A stretch of DNA of 64,000 nt from a virus. The DNA lies in IMG/VR virus record IMGVR_UViG_3300044613_001897. One strand, written 5' to 3'. The translations under genes were made by a program, and so were the position numbers. Shown here one piece after another: positions 20,364-29,658 of the stretch (its first letter is position 1; every line of letters begins with the position of its first letter). The notes below the pieces were generated by a model. It ran no database searches and was not told the DNA's origin. It saw nothing but the letters and a program-made list of their open reading frames with translations.

Positions 20364-20675
20364 ATGGAAAGATATTCTATAGCAGAAATTAGAAGAACAG
20401 AAACAGGTAAAAGATATTATGGTACAACTTTACCACCGACTATAACTAAAAATGTAAATGATATTTATATTATAACAGCATATGGTGATAGATTAGATCT
20501 TATTGCTTATGATTATTATGGTAATGCGTCACAATGGTGGATAATAGCATCAGCTAATCCAAATGCGTTTCATTATAATGGATCATTAGTTATAGAACCT
20601 GGAATACAGTTAAGAATACCGCAATTAGCATTAGCAGCAGAATCTGAATACGAATCACAAAATAGTACTAGATAA
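20364..20675 (+). CDS. LysM-like baseplate wedge/tail X protein
   Basis: GDRLDLIAYDYYG...WWIIA.AN...PG.QLRIP signature. Confidence 0.85.
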   Translation: MERYSIAEIRRTETGKRYYGTTLPPTITKNVNDIYIITAYGDRLDLIAYDYYGNASQWWIIASANPNAFHYNGSLVIEPGIQLRIPQLALAAESEYESQNSTR

Positions 20676-20679
20676 GAAT

Positions 20680-22578
20680 ATGGCAACACAAGGTTATAAT
20701 ATAAAAGATAATAATCCATTTTACAATCAGGTTAATGGTGCTGTTAAAAATGAGATAAGCTATCGAGCAAGTATATATGCGGAAAGAGAACGTGGTGGGT
20801 CTAAAGGAGGCCCTATACATATGTGGTTATATAGAAAAAATGGATATGTACGAATATACTATGGTGAAGATGCAACTCCTTTATTAGAACCACCAAAAAA
20901 AGGATTTGACTCTGTATATGGTAAATCATTATACCCACCTCCAGTTGTTACTAGTGTTCGTATAGCAAACGAAGGTGATTATGGTTCATTACTAAAAGCG
21001 GACATAAACTTCTCAGTATTTACATTACAACAATTAGAAAAGTTTACTAAAACATTATTAACAGTAAAAGCTGGTGAGGATGAAAAGGGTAATCCAAAAC
21101 CAATACCAGTTAAAATCGAATATGGTTGGTCAGTACCAGGTCATGATGGGCCTAAAGAAGATTTCTATGGATTTGTAACAAATTTTAACTGGTCATTACG
21201 AGCTGATGGTGGATTTGATTGCACAAGTAATTTAGTAGGTGAAGGATTCTTTTCTTTAAATACAAAAGCTGATGCTTCACTGCAAAAAACTAGCAATGTA
21301 AATGCAGGAAGCAGCAATGTCCAAATACAACCAAATACATGGGTTTCGGCAGTAAGGTACATAAAACCAGATGCGCCTGTAGGTACGTATGGAGGTGTAG
21401 ATGGAAAGACTCCTAGTTTAGTAGCATCATTTCCTGGAGTGGCGTTATTAGATCTAAATTTATCGGACGCACAATCTGAAAATAAAGATAAAAAAGGTAA
21501 AGTTTTGAATAAAACTAGAATACATTACGTTACATTAGAATGGATTTGTTTTGCAGTATCACAAATTCTATTCCATAAAGGTAACGGGTTATTCCCCAAA
21601 GATCAGTATATATCAAATAGTAAAATAACGATCGGGCATAGATATCCTGATATAGTATCAAGTAATCCTAAAAATATACTATTCCCAGGATTTGCTAAAT
21701 ATGGTACTGAAAATTTAACTAAAGATATAGAGTCACAGATTTCGATGGCGACATCCTCTAATGCAAACTCTGTCGATTTAAGCAAGATTTTAGTTAGTAT
21801 AGAGTTTATATATGAAACGCTAAAGGCGATGAAATCTCAATCTTCTATGAAAATGAATGAAAAAGCTGTGGATACTAGTTTGGTGAACTTATTCAATAAG
21901 ATATTCACAGAAATTGCTAATTGTTCAGGAGGCATATATGAGTTATCATTATCGCAACCTAAAGTAGAAACATCCGATCCCAATTATAAAGAAAGTTTGC
22001 GACAATGGGTAATAGTGGACACTAAAAATATGGGCGAAGCAGTTGAAGAAACCATAATACCAGTAGTTATATCAGGACCAAACGGATATAGTAGTATAGT
22101 TAGATCTGTAACTATGACATCAAAATTACCTGGAGCCATGGCGACCGCACAATTCGTATCCGCGGCATCATCAATGTCAGGTAATTCACCTGGATTAGCA
22201 GCCGCAAAGACTGAATCGAATACTAAGGATGCGAAATCTGCAGATGAAGTTATAGCTGCATTACTTGCAGCTAATAAAGCCGCGTTGTCTGAAGGGTTTT
22301 CGCCGGATAGTATTAATAATATACAAGCGCAATTGGCAGATTATTGGGCGTATGCAGTAAAACCCAATGAACTAGGTAAACGTGGTTCACCACTGCCTGT
22401 AGACTTATCAATAACATTGGACGGTCTAAAAGGATTTAGATATGGTAACACACTAAAAATAGAATATTTACCAAGTGATTATAAAGATGTGGTGTTTACA
22501 GTAACGAAAGTTGAACATAATATAACTAATAATGATTGGACAACAACATTAAGTACAGTATCTAGATTGAAAGTATAA
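20680..22578 (+). CDS. Baseplate hub protein (gp27/gpD-like)
   Basis: IEYGW, GFVTNFNW...DGGFDC, C-terminal LDGL.G.RYG...FTVTKVEH.I....WTT motifs; baseplate context. Confidence 0.65.
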   Translation: MATQGYNIKDNNPFYNQVNGAVKNEISYRASIYAERERGGSKGGPIHMWLYRKNGYVRIYYGEDATPLLEPPKKGFDSVYGKSLYPPPVVTSVRIANEGDYGSLLKADINFSVFTLQQLEKFTKTLLTVKAGEDEKGNPKPIPVKIEYGWSVPGHDGPKEDFYGFVTNFNWSLRADGGFDCTSNLVGEGFFSLNTKADASLQKTSNVNAGSSNVQIQPNTWVSAVRYIKPDAPVGTYGGVDGKTPSLVASFPGVALLDLNLSDAQSENKDKKGKVLNKTRIHYVTLEWICFAVSQILFHKGNGLFPKDQYISNSKITIGHRYPDIVSSNPKNILFPGFAKYGTENLTKDIESQISMATSSNANSVDLSKILVSIEFIYETLKAMKSQSSMKMNEKAVDTSLVNLFNKIFTEIANCSGGIYELSLSQPKVETSDPNYKESLRQWVIVDTKNMGEAVEETIIPVVISGPNGYSSIVRSVTMTSKLPGAMATAQFVSAASSMSGNSPGLAAAKTESNTKDAKSADEVIAALLAANKAALSEGFSPDSINNIQAQLADYWAYAVKPNELGKRGSPLPVDLSITLDGLKGFRYGNTLKIEYLPSDYKDVVFTVTKVEHNITNNDWTTTLSTVSRLKV

Positions 22579-22579
22579 A

Positions 22580-23230
22580 ATGGCAAGATTAAAAATATAT
22601 TATCCAGTAGATCAGATTATAAATAATCTATACACCAACGGTGGTCAGTATATGCTTGAGAGTGGTGCTGGATATACAGGATCATATCACAGATATTCAA
22701 CAGGTGAGATATATACAGAATCTGGGTGGAATGAATTTCAATCGAAAAAGCTAGTACCATATAAACCAACATATCAGATAGAGGGTAATATGATATACAA
22801 AAATATTACTAAAGTAGATGTTGATCCTTTTGTAGCACCAAGATATTACTTTCCGATACTTAAAGAGGATGATTATGTTAATGGTAGTGTTGATAGATAT
22901 TTTATTCAACGTAATAATTTAACAAATGCTGTATTTTCTATTATAGAAATAGATGCTGACCAATATAGTTCATTAGTATCATCGGGTAAAGGTATTAATG
23001 CAGGACTTTATACAGCAATAACAATACCATGGAAATTGACCGGACCTAGAAATGACGTTAGAAATTCAAATAATGCTATAGTACAATTTGGTGTAGAAGA
23101 TACTAACCAAAGAATAGTACAATTAAATAAGATAAAGATGCCAGGCCTAGACACTTTTATCAATGACTATATAGAATTATCAGTGTATTCTAACGCAACA
23201 TCACAAGAAATCAAAAATAAATTTTTGTAA
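22580..23230 (+). CDS. Hypothetical virion/baseplate-associated protein
   Basis: LYT.GGQY, Y.GSYH, DY..G..DRYF, WKLTG motifs; end of structural operon. Confidence 0.45.
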   Translation: MARLKIYYPVDQIINNLYTNGGQYMLESGAGYTGSYHRYSTGEIYTESGWNEFQSKKLVPYKPTYQIEGNMIYKNITKVDVDPFVAPRYYFPILKEDDYVNGSVDRYFIQRNNLTNAVFSIIEIDADQYSSLVSSGKGINAGLYTAITIPWKLTGPRNDVRNSNNAIVQFGVEDTNQRIVQLNKIKMPGLDTFINDYIELSVYSNATSQEIKNKFL

Positions 23231-23253
23231 TACAGAAAGTTTTATTATATTTA
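23224..23253 (+). promoter_or_regulatory. Bacteroidetes-type sigma70 promoter (-33/-7)
   Basis: TTTG-N18-TATATTTA at the start of the replication block. Confidence 0.55.
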
Positions 23254-23263
23254 ACTAGAACCT

Positions 23264-24613
23264 ATGAAAATAATAGAAACTAGTTTAGATTATGATCAAT
23301 TCTTATCAGAGAATGCCGCAAATGATTGGTTAGTTATACCAATTTATGCGAACGGAAACTATCCGGTACATCTAGATTCAATATCATTATTATATGTATA
23401 TGTTCTGCTTAAAGATACAGAATATATGATATCGTTTAATCATACAGAAGCATTAGGTATAAATCAAAAGCAATTGGATAGAATACCTAAAGATAATAGA
23501 ATGTATGTATATAATAAGAAAAGATTTTATGCCTTCTGTAAAAATTATAACTTAATTGATATTGACTTGGTAAAGTATTTTGAAACTAATACACCATTTG
23601 AAGATGATTTCGATACATCTGCACATGAATGGTTTACTAGAAACTTTCAATATTTTAAAAATCTGAATACTATTATTCCAATATTAAAACATTACGAGCG
23701 GTGTACCAATATTAAAAATGCGTTTCTAGAATACTATACACCTGATATAAAGGAACATGCTGCATTCATAAATTATAATGATAAGTTTATAAATTCATTC
23801 TATAATATAGAAAAGAATGGTTTATATGCCAACTATGATACATTCCATAAATATTACCTAGATACGCAGTACTTTAATGGATACACATTTTCAGAATATA
23901 ATTTGTATACATCAACAGGTAGACCTAGTAATCGATTCGGTGGTATAAACTTTGCAGCATTAAATAAAGATAATGGTAGTAGAGCATCATTTACTAGTAG
24001 ATTTGGTAAAGATGGATTCTTAATAAATTTTGACTTTGATGGTTATCATCTACGTTTATTAGCTGATTTAGTTAATTATGATTTTCCAACAAATGAATCC
24101 ATTCATAAATATTTAGGTCGATACTATTTTAATAAGACTGATTTAACTGATGACGAATATGAACAATCTAAAAAAATAAGTTTTAGATTATTATACGGTG
24201 GGATATCAAAAGAGTTTTTACATATTGAATATTTCAAACGAATTAATGATTTAACTAAAGTACTATGGCAATCATATAACGAAGTAAATTATATAGAGAC
24301 TCCAATATTTAACAGAAGATTGTATAAGAACTTTTTTAATGATATGAATGCTAGTAAGCTATTAAATTACTATCTACAATGTTTTGAGACAGAAAGAAAT
24401 TGCATGATACTAGATGGTATAAATCAAAATAAATTTGAATCTAAAATTATTCTTTATACATACGATTCATTATTAGTTGATTTTAATAAAGCGGACGGGG
24501 CTGAATATATTAGATATATCAAGTCGGAAATGGAACAAACAAAGTTTCCTGTAAAGATATCAATAGGCCCTGATTATCATAATTTAGTAAACGTAGATTC
24601 TAATAAAATTTAA
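23264..24613 (+). CDS. Divergent family A DNA polymerase-like protein
   Basis: STGRPS, motif A DFDGYHLR, motif B K...F..LYG, LNY.LQ; motif C appears as YTYDS. Confidence 0.7.
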   Translation: MKIIETSLDYDQFLSENAANDWLVIPIYANGNYPVHLDSISLLYVYVLLKDTEYMISFNHTEALGINQKQLDRIPKDNRMYVYNKKRFYAFCKNYNLIDIDLVKYFETNTPFEDDFDTSAHEWFTRNFQYFKNLNTIIPILKHYERCTNIKNAFLEYYTPDIKEHAAFINYNDKFINSFYNIEKNGLYANYDTFHKYYLDTQYFNGYTFSEYNLYTSTGRPSNRFGGINFAALNKDNGSRASFTSRFGKDGFLINFDFDGYHLRLLADLVNYDFPTNESIHKYLGRYYFNKTDLTDDEYEQSKKISFRLLYGGISKEFLHIEYFKRINDLTKVLWQSYNEVNYIETPIFNRRLYKNFFNDMNASKLLNYYLQCFETERNCMILDGINQNKFESKIILYTYDSLLVDFNKADGAEYIRYIKSEMEQTKFPVKISIGPDYHNLVNVDSNKI

Positions 24614-24639
24614 ACATATTTATATGTATACTACAAACA

Positions 24640-25032
24640 TTGTATCAGTTATTAGCACTATTTACACCAGAATTATTTCTAGATGAATCGATAAAAAAGA
24701 TAACTGATACCTATGAAATTTGTTTCGGTAAAATATTTGTATTACGAATAGACGGCAAAGAAGATTTGCTATGCACATTTAATATAGAGAAAGAATCCAA
24801 TTCAAATACATTAAATGGAGCTATTCTCCTACATAGAAAGAAAGAAACAAATACATTATACACCATTAATTCATTAAACTCTATAATTAGAAGTGAGAAC
24901 GGTGGTGAACTAAATAATAGACATATAATAAATTGGAGTAATTACAGAAACAGTTTAATTTTATCTACGAACAACGAAGTTAAAATTTACCCTACACAGA
25001 TTTTTAAAATAATTCTGGTAGAAAATTTGTAA
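24640..25032 (+). CDS. Hypothetical protein (TTG start)
   Basis: 130-aa ORF with HRKKETNTLYTINSLN motif; TATTTATA at 24617. Confidence 0.55.
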   Translation: MYQLLALFTPELFLDESIKKITDTYEICFGKIFVLRIDGKEDLLCTFNIEKESNSNTLNGAILLHRKKETNTLYTINSLNSIIRSENGGELNNRHIINWSNYRNSLILSTNNEVKIYPTQIFKIILVENL

Positions 25033-25155
25033 TCTACAATAATTTATCTTATATTTATATAAATTAGTTATTTAATTGAGTATACGAACCTAGGCGTATT
25101 ATTTTTTGAATGACAATTGACAATTAATTATTAACAACTAAAAAATGAAAAACAA

Positions 25156-25941
25156 ATGGCAATCGACATTAGTGCAATTCGCAACAAGTTACAATCTCTG
25201 CAATCAAAAACAAATAAGCAAGAGAATCTGTGGAAACCAGCTCCTGGTACACATCAAGTAAGGATAGTTCCTTATATTCACAACCGAGAAAATCCTTTTT
25301 TAGAAATGTATTTTCACTATAACTTTAGTGGTAAAAACATTCTATCACCGGTATCATTTGGCAAACAAGATCCAATTGTGGAATTTGCTGACAAACTGAA
25401 ATCAACTGGTAATAAAGAAGATTGGAAAATGGGTAAAGGATTAGAACCTAAAATGAGATGTTATGTACCTATCTTAATCAGAGGTAAAGAATCTGAAGGT
25501 ATTAAATTTTGGGGATTCGGCAAAACAGTATATCAAGAATTATTAGGATTTATCGCAGATGCTGACTATGGTGATATTACAGATCCAATGAGTGGTCGTG
25601 ATATTACGGTAGAGTTCAAATCAAAAGAAGCCACAGGTAAAGATTATCCAGAGACTTCTATTCGAGTTAAACCAAATACTAGTCCTATGACTGAAAGCAA
25701 GGAGGTATTAGAATTGATTAAAAATCAACCTAAAATCACTGAATTGTTTAAAGAGTATTCATATGATGAAATTGAGAAATTATTACAAGAATGGATGAAT
25801 CCAACAGAACCTGCTAACACAGAAGATGCGACAGATTCTTCTAAATCATCTAATAAGAAATCATTAGAGACTGAATCAGCAACTACTAATAAGGTAGAAG
25901 ATGTATCAGCTGCTTTTGATGCTCTTTTCTCTAAAAAGTAA
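25156..25941 (+). CDS. Single-stranded DNA-binding protein (T4 gp32-like)
   Basis: WKP..G...VRIVP, FHY, DPI.E, FWGFGK.VY, D.TDP..GRD, acidic tail; upstream of recombinase. Confidence 0.85.
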   Translation: MAIDISAIRNKLQSLQSKTNKQENLWKPAPGTHQVRIVPYIHNRENPFLEMYFHYNFSGKNILSPVSFGKQDPIVEFADKLKSTGNKEDWKMGKGLEPKMRCYVPILIRGKESEGIKFWGFGKTVYQELLGFIADADYGDITDPMSGRDITVEFKSKEATGKDYPETSIRVKPNTSPMTESKEVLELIKNQPKITELFKEYSYDEIEKLLQEWMNPTEPANTEDATDSSKSSNKKSLETESATTNKVEDVSAAFDALFSKK

Positions 25942-25953
25942 TAGTATAAATTT

Positions 25954-27105
25954 ATGGCAAAAACAAAAAGCAAAGTCGAATTAGACGAGGATTTAGCTTT
26001 GACGTTAGCCGACAACCTAAACAAACAATTTAAAGCATCTGCAGGAAAGATTGCTTATTTCTTAGAAGGAGATACAGCAGACTCACCATCCGAAATTAAA
26101 GGATGGGTTCCTACAGGTTGTACCGCATTGGACCTAGCCATTAGCAATAGACCTAATGGTGGGTTTCCGATGGGTAGAATTGTAGAAATAACAGGTCTAG
26201 AAGCGTCAGGTAAATCATTATTAGCAGCGCATGCGTTAGCTAATACACAAAAAATGGGAGGTATTGCAGTATATGTTGATACTGAGAATGCGACATCAAC
26301 AGAATTCCTATCAGCAATTGGTGTAAATTTAAAGGAGATGTTATATGTACCTTTAGAAACCATTGAAGATATCTTTGAGTCAATTGAAAGTATTATAGAA
26401 TCTGTAAGAAAGTCTAATAAAGATACTCCAGTTACAATTGTAGTAGACTCTGTAGCTGCAGCAAGTACTAAAACTGAAATGGCAGCTGAATGGGATAAAG
26501 ATGGTTATAACACTGCTAAAGCTATTATTTTATCAAAAGCTATGAGAAAGATTACTAATCTAATTGGTAGAGAGAAAATACTTTTGATATTTACTAATCA
26601 GCTAAGAAGTAGAATGAATGCTCCAGCATTTTCGGATCCTTGGACTACAAGTGGAGGAAAAGCAATAGCATTTCATGCAAGTGTTAGATTGCGATTATCA
26701 CCTTCTGGAATGATTAAGGAAGGTCCGCAAGGCAAACAAGAAGTAACAGGTATTAATACAACTGCAAAAGTAGTTAAAAATCGTATGGGCCCACCATTAC
26801 GAGTAATAACTTATCCGATATACTTTAATAGAGGTATAGATGATGATTTTAGTTTACTAGAATTATTGAAAAAACTTGAAATAGTATCCGGTACTGCAGG
26901 CAACTACAATTATGTTGACACAAGTTCAGGTGAGGTGATCAAATTTAAAACCAAAGACTTCAGAAAGACATTATTAGATAATCCTGTATTGAAAGAACAA
27001 TTATATCAGGTGTTATGTGATAAGTATGTTATGAAGTATAAGTCTGATGATGTTGAACTAAGTGATGAGCTTAGCATAGATACCAATTTCGGAACATTAG
27101 ATTAA
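25954..27105 (+). CDS. uvsX: RecA/UvsX recombinase
   Basis: TG..ALD.A, GRIVEITGLEASGKS (Walker A), VVDSVAA, FTNQLR, TSGGKA..FHASVR, KVVKNR. Confidence 0.95.
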   Translation: MAKTKSKVELDEDLALTLADNLNKQFKASAGKIAYFLEGDTADSPSEIKGWVPTGCTALDLAISNRPNGGFPMGRIVEITGLEASGKSLLAAHALANTQKMGGIAVYVDTENATSTEFLSAIGVNLKEMLYVPLETIEDIFESIESIIESVRKSNKDTPVTIVVDSVAAASTKTEMAAEWDKDGYNTAKAIILSKAMRKITNLIGREKILLIFTNQLRSRMNAPAFSDPWTTSGGKAIAFHASVRLRLSPSGMIKEGPQGKQEVTGINTTAKVVKNRMGPPLRVITYPIYFNRGIDDDFSLLELLKKLEIVSGTAGNYNYVDTSSGEVIKFKTKDFRKTLLDNPVLKEQLYQVLCDKYVMKYKSDDVELSDELSIDTNFGTLD

Positions 27106-27121
27106 TAAGTTAAAATAAGTT

Positions 27122-28180
27122 ATGAAAGAATACGTAAAGTTACTGCGTGAACTGCGCGAGGAAGGGAATAGGAATTCAAAACCAGATGATAAGATTCTTA
27201 TTGTAGATGGCTTGAATTCATTTATTCGTGTGTTTAGCGCGGTTCCCGTTTGTAATGATGATGGCGAACATATAGGAGGTATCACAGGATTCCTAAAATC
27301 TATAGGATTTGTTATCAGAAGCGTACAACCAACAAGACTTATTATAGTATTCGATGGTAAAGGTGGTTCTGTAAGAAGACGTGATTTATATGCTGATTAT
27401 AAGGCAGGACGAAAGATAAATACTAAATTTAATCGTCCTGATCATATGGAAATAAATGTTGATCAGGAAGTGAGAAATATGAAACATCAATTATCAAGAT
27501 TGGTTGCATATTTAGATACACTCCCAATAACAATACTTTCTATAGATACCGTAGAAGCAGATGATGTAATCGCATATATGACTACTGATATATTCCATAA
27601 TTCGGAAAAGGTAGTTATTATGTCAGATGATAAAGATTATTTACAATTAGTGAATGATAAAGTATCAATTTGGCGTCCTGTTACTAAAACCACCTATACC
27701 GCCGAAACTGTATTAGAAAAGATAGGAGTACCCGCATACAATTACATTATATTTAAACTTTTTACTGGTGACTCGTCTGATAATATTAAAGGTGTTGCCG
27801 GAGTAGGACTGAAGACTTTACTAAAGCATATTCCTGAAATACTGGAAGATAAAAAATTATCATTAGATGATATTATTCAGATCTGTATTGACCGAAGAGA
27901 CTCTAAACATAAGTTTTACCAGACTATATTAGATAACGAAAAGTTACTACGATTGAATTATGATTTGATGCAATTAGAAGATGTAGATATTCCAGGATCA
28001 ATTAAAAGTACTGTACGAGAAATAGTAAATGAACAAAAAATTCCAATCATAAATAAATTTTCATTTAAACGTTTATTAATGGAGGATAAAGTTTATAGTT
28101 CATTTAAAGATCCCGATGCTTGGCTAATGAGTACTTTCAATTTCCTTTCAGGATTTGCTAGTATGAAAAATGAAGAATAA
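27122..28180 (+). CDS. 5'-3' exonuclease/flap endonuclease (T4 RNase H-like)
   Basis: IVDG.N, VFDG.GG, YKAGR, EADDVI, SDDKDYLQL, GDSSDNIKGV.GVG. Confidence 0.92.
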   Translation: MKEYVKLLRELREEGNRNSKPDDKILIVDGLNSFIRVFSAVPVCNDDGEHIGGITGFLKSIGFVIRSVQPTRLIIVFDGKGGSVRRRDLYADYKAGRKINTKFNRPDHMEINVDQEVRNMKHQLSRLVAYLDTLPITILSIDTVEADDVIAYMTTDIFHNSEKVVIMSDDKDYLQLVNDKVSIWRPVTKTTYTAETVLEKIGVPAYNYIIFKLFTGDSSDNIKGVAGVGLKTLLKHIPEILEDKKLSLDDIIQICIDRRDSKHKFYQTILDNEKLLRLNYDLMQLEDVDIPGSIKSTVREIVNEQKIPIINKFSFKRLLMEDKVYSSFKDPDAWLMSTFNFLSGFASMKNEE

Positions 28181-28186
28181 ATTAAG

Positions 28187-28218
28187 ATGCGTGATTATTT
28201 TTAGTCACGCATTTTTTT
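28187..28218 (+). terminator. Intrinsic terminator
   Basis: ATGCGTGATTA-TTTT-TAGTCACGCAT plus T run. Confidence 0.8.
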
Positions 28219-28234
28219 ACATATATTTAGAATT

Positions 28235-29599
28235 ATGAATGACAAACTTTCGGCTTACGGACATAGTTTCCAAATAAAAATTATTGCGGCGTTACTATCA
28301 GATAAAATATATTTACAACAGATATCTGATATTATACTACCGGAATTTTTTGAATCTGAAGCTAATAATTGGATAGTAAATATTATTCTAGAGTATTATG
28401 CTGAATATAAAGTAGCACCGACATTAGATGTATTTAAAACAAAAGCCTTATCAGTTACTAGAGATGTATTTAAAATGTCTATTGTTGACTCTTTGCGTGA
28501 AGTAATGAAATATGTTGAGTCGGATGATTTACATTATATTAAGGATGAGACTTTAAAATTTTGTAAAAATCAATGTATTAAAAAAGCTATATTAGAATCG
28601 GTTGAAGCTCTTAAAAAAGGTGAGTTCGATATAATAAAGAGCAAGATTGATAATGCTATGAAAGCTGGAGAGGCAGTATCGACAGGGTATGATTATGCAA
28701 GTACTGTAGAATCTAGATATACTGAATCAACTAGAAATACTGTCCCGACTCCTTGGCCGGTATTAAATGAATTGGCAGGAGGTGGTATGGGTAAAGGAGA
28801 ATTGTTCATATTTGTATCAGGCCCCGGTGGTGGTAAGTCTTGGTCATTAGTTAATATTGGTGCCCAAGCATATAGGAAAGGATTAAATGTAGTACATTAT
28901 ACGTTAGAGTTGAGTGAAGCTTATACATCACAAAGATATGATGCGGTTATTACTGGTATAGCAAGTCAAAACTTAAAATACCATATTGATGATATTAAAC
29001 ATGAAATCGAAAAGATTAACGGGTCGCTAACAGTACAGTATTACCCAACAAAGACAGCATCAGGAAATACATTAAGAGCACACTTAAATAAGCTAATAAT
29101 ATCAGGAGTAACACCAGATTTAGTTATAGTAGATTATGCTGACTTATTAAGAGTATTAGGTCGAGCAGGCGATGCTAGACATCAAGAACTAGAAAATATC
29201 TATGAAGATTTACGTGGATTAGCTGGTGAATATCAAATACCGGTTGTCACAGCATCACAATCAAATAAATCAGGCGCTGAATCTGAAATTATCCAAGGGG
29301 AGCAGATAGCTGGTGCATATTCAAAAATTATGATTGGCGACTTTATTATATCATTATCTAGAAAAGTATCCGATAAAATATCAGGTACTGGTAGATGGCA
29401 CGTAATTAAAAATAGATTTGGCCCTGATGGATTAACGTTACCAAGTAAATTGAATATGTCAAATGGGCAAATACAAATATTTGATGAGTCATCGGTACAG
29501 GGTAAAGAGACTAAGCAGACTATGGATAACGGTCAAGAAGTATTAAGAAAAACTTTAGCAAATAAATTTAAAGAAATAAACGGTTCCGCACTGGGTTGA
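28235..29599 (+). CDS. DnaB-like replicative helicase (T4 gp41-like)
   Basis: GPGGGKS Walker A, YTLEL, IVDYADLL, TASQ, KNRFG. Confidence 0.92.
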   Translation: MNDKLSAYGHSFQIKIIAALLSDKIYLQQISDIILPEFFESEANNWIVNIILEYYAEYKVAPTLDVFKTKALSVTRDVFKMSIVDSLREVMKYVESDDLHYIKDETLKFCKNQCIKKAILESVEALKKGEFDIIKSKIDNAMKAGEAVSTGYDYASTVESRYTESTRNTVPTPWPVLNELAGGGMGKGELFIFVSGPGGGKSWSLVNIGAQAYRKGLNVVHYTLELSEAYTSQRYDAVITGIASQNLKYHIDDIKHEIEKINGSLTVQYYPTKTASGNTLRAHLNKLIISGVTPDLVIVDYADLLRVLGRAGDARHQELENIYEDLRGLAGEYQIPVVTASQSNKSGAESEIIQGEQIAGAYSKIMIGDFIISLSRKVSDKISGTGRWHVIKNRFGPDGLTLPSKLNMSNGQIQIFDESSVQGKETKQTMDNGQEVLRKTLANKFKEINGSALG

Positions 29600-29658
29600 T
29601 GGTATTTATTATTACCCAATGAAGTTTACAAATCACAAACAATAAAACAATTTAAAAA

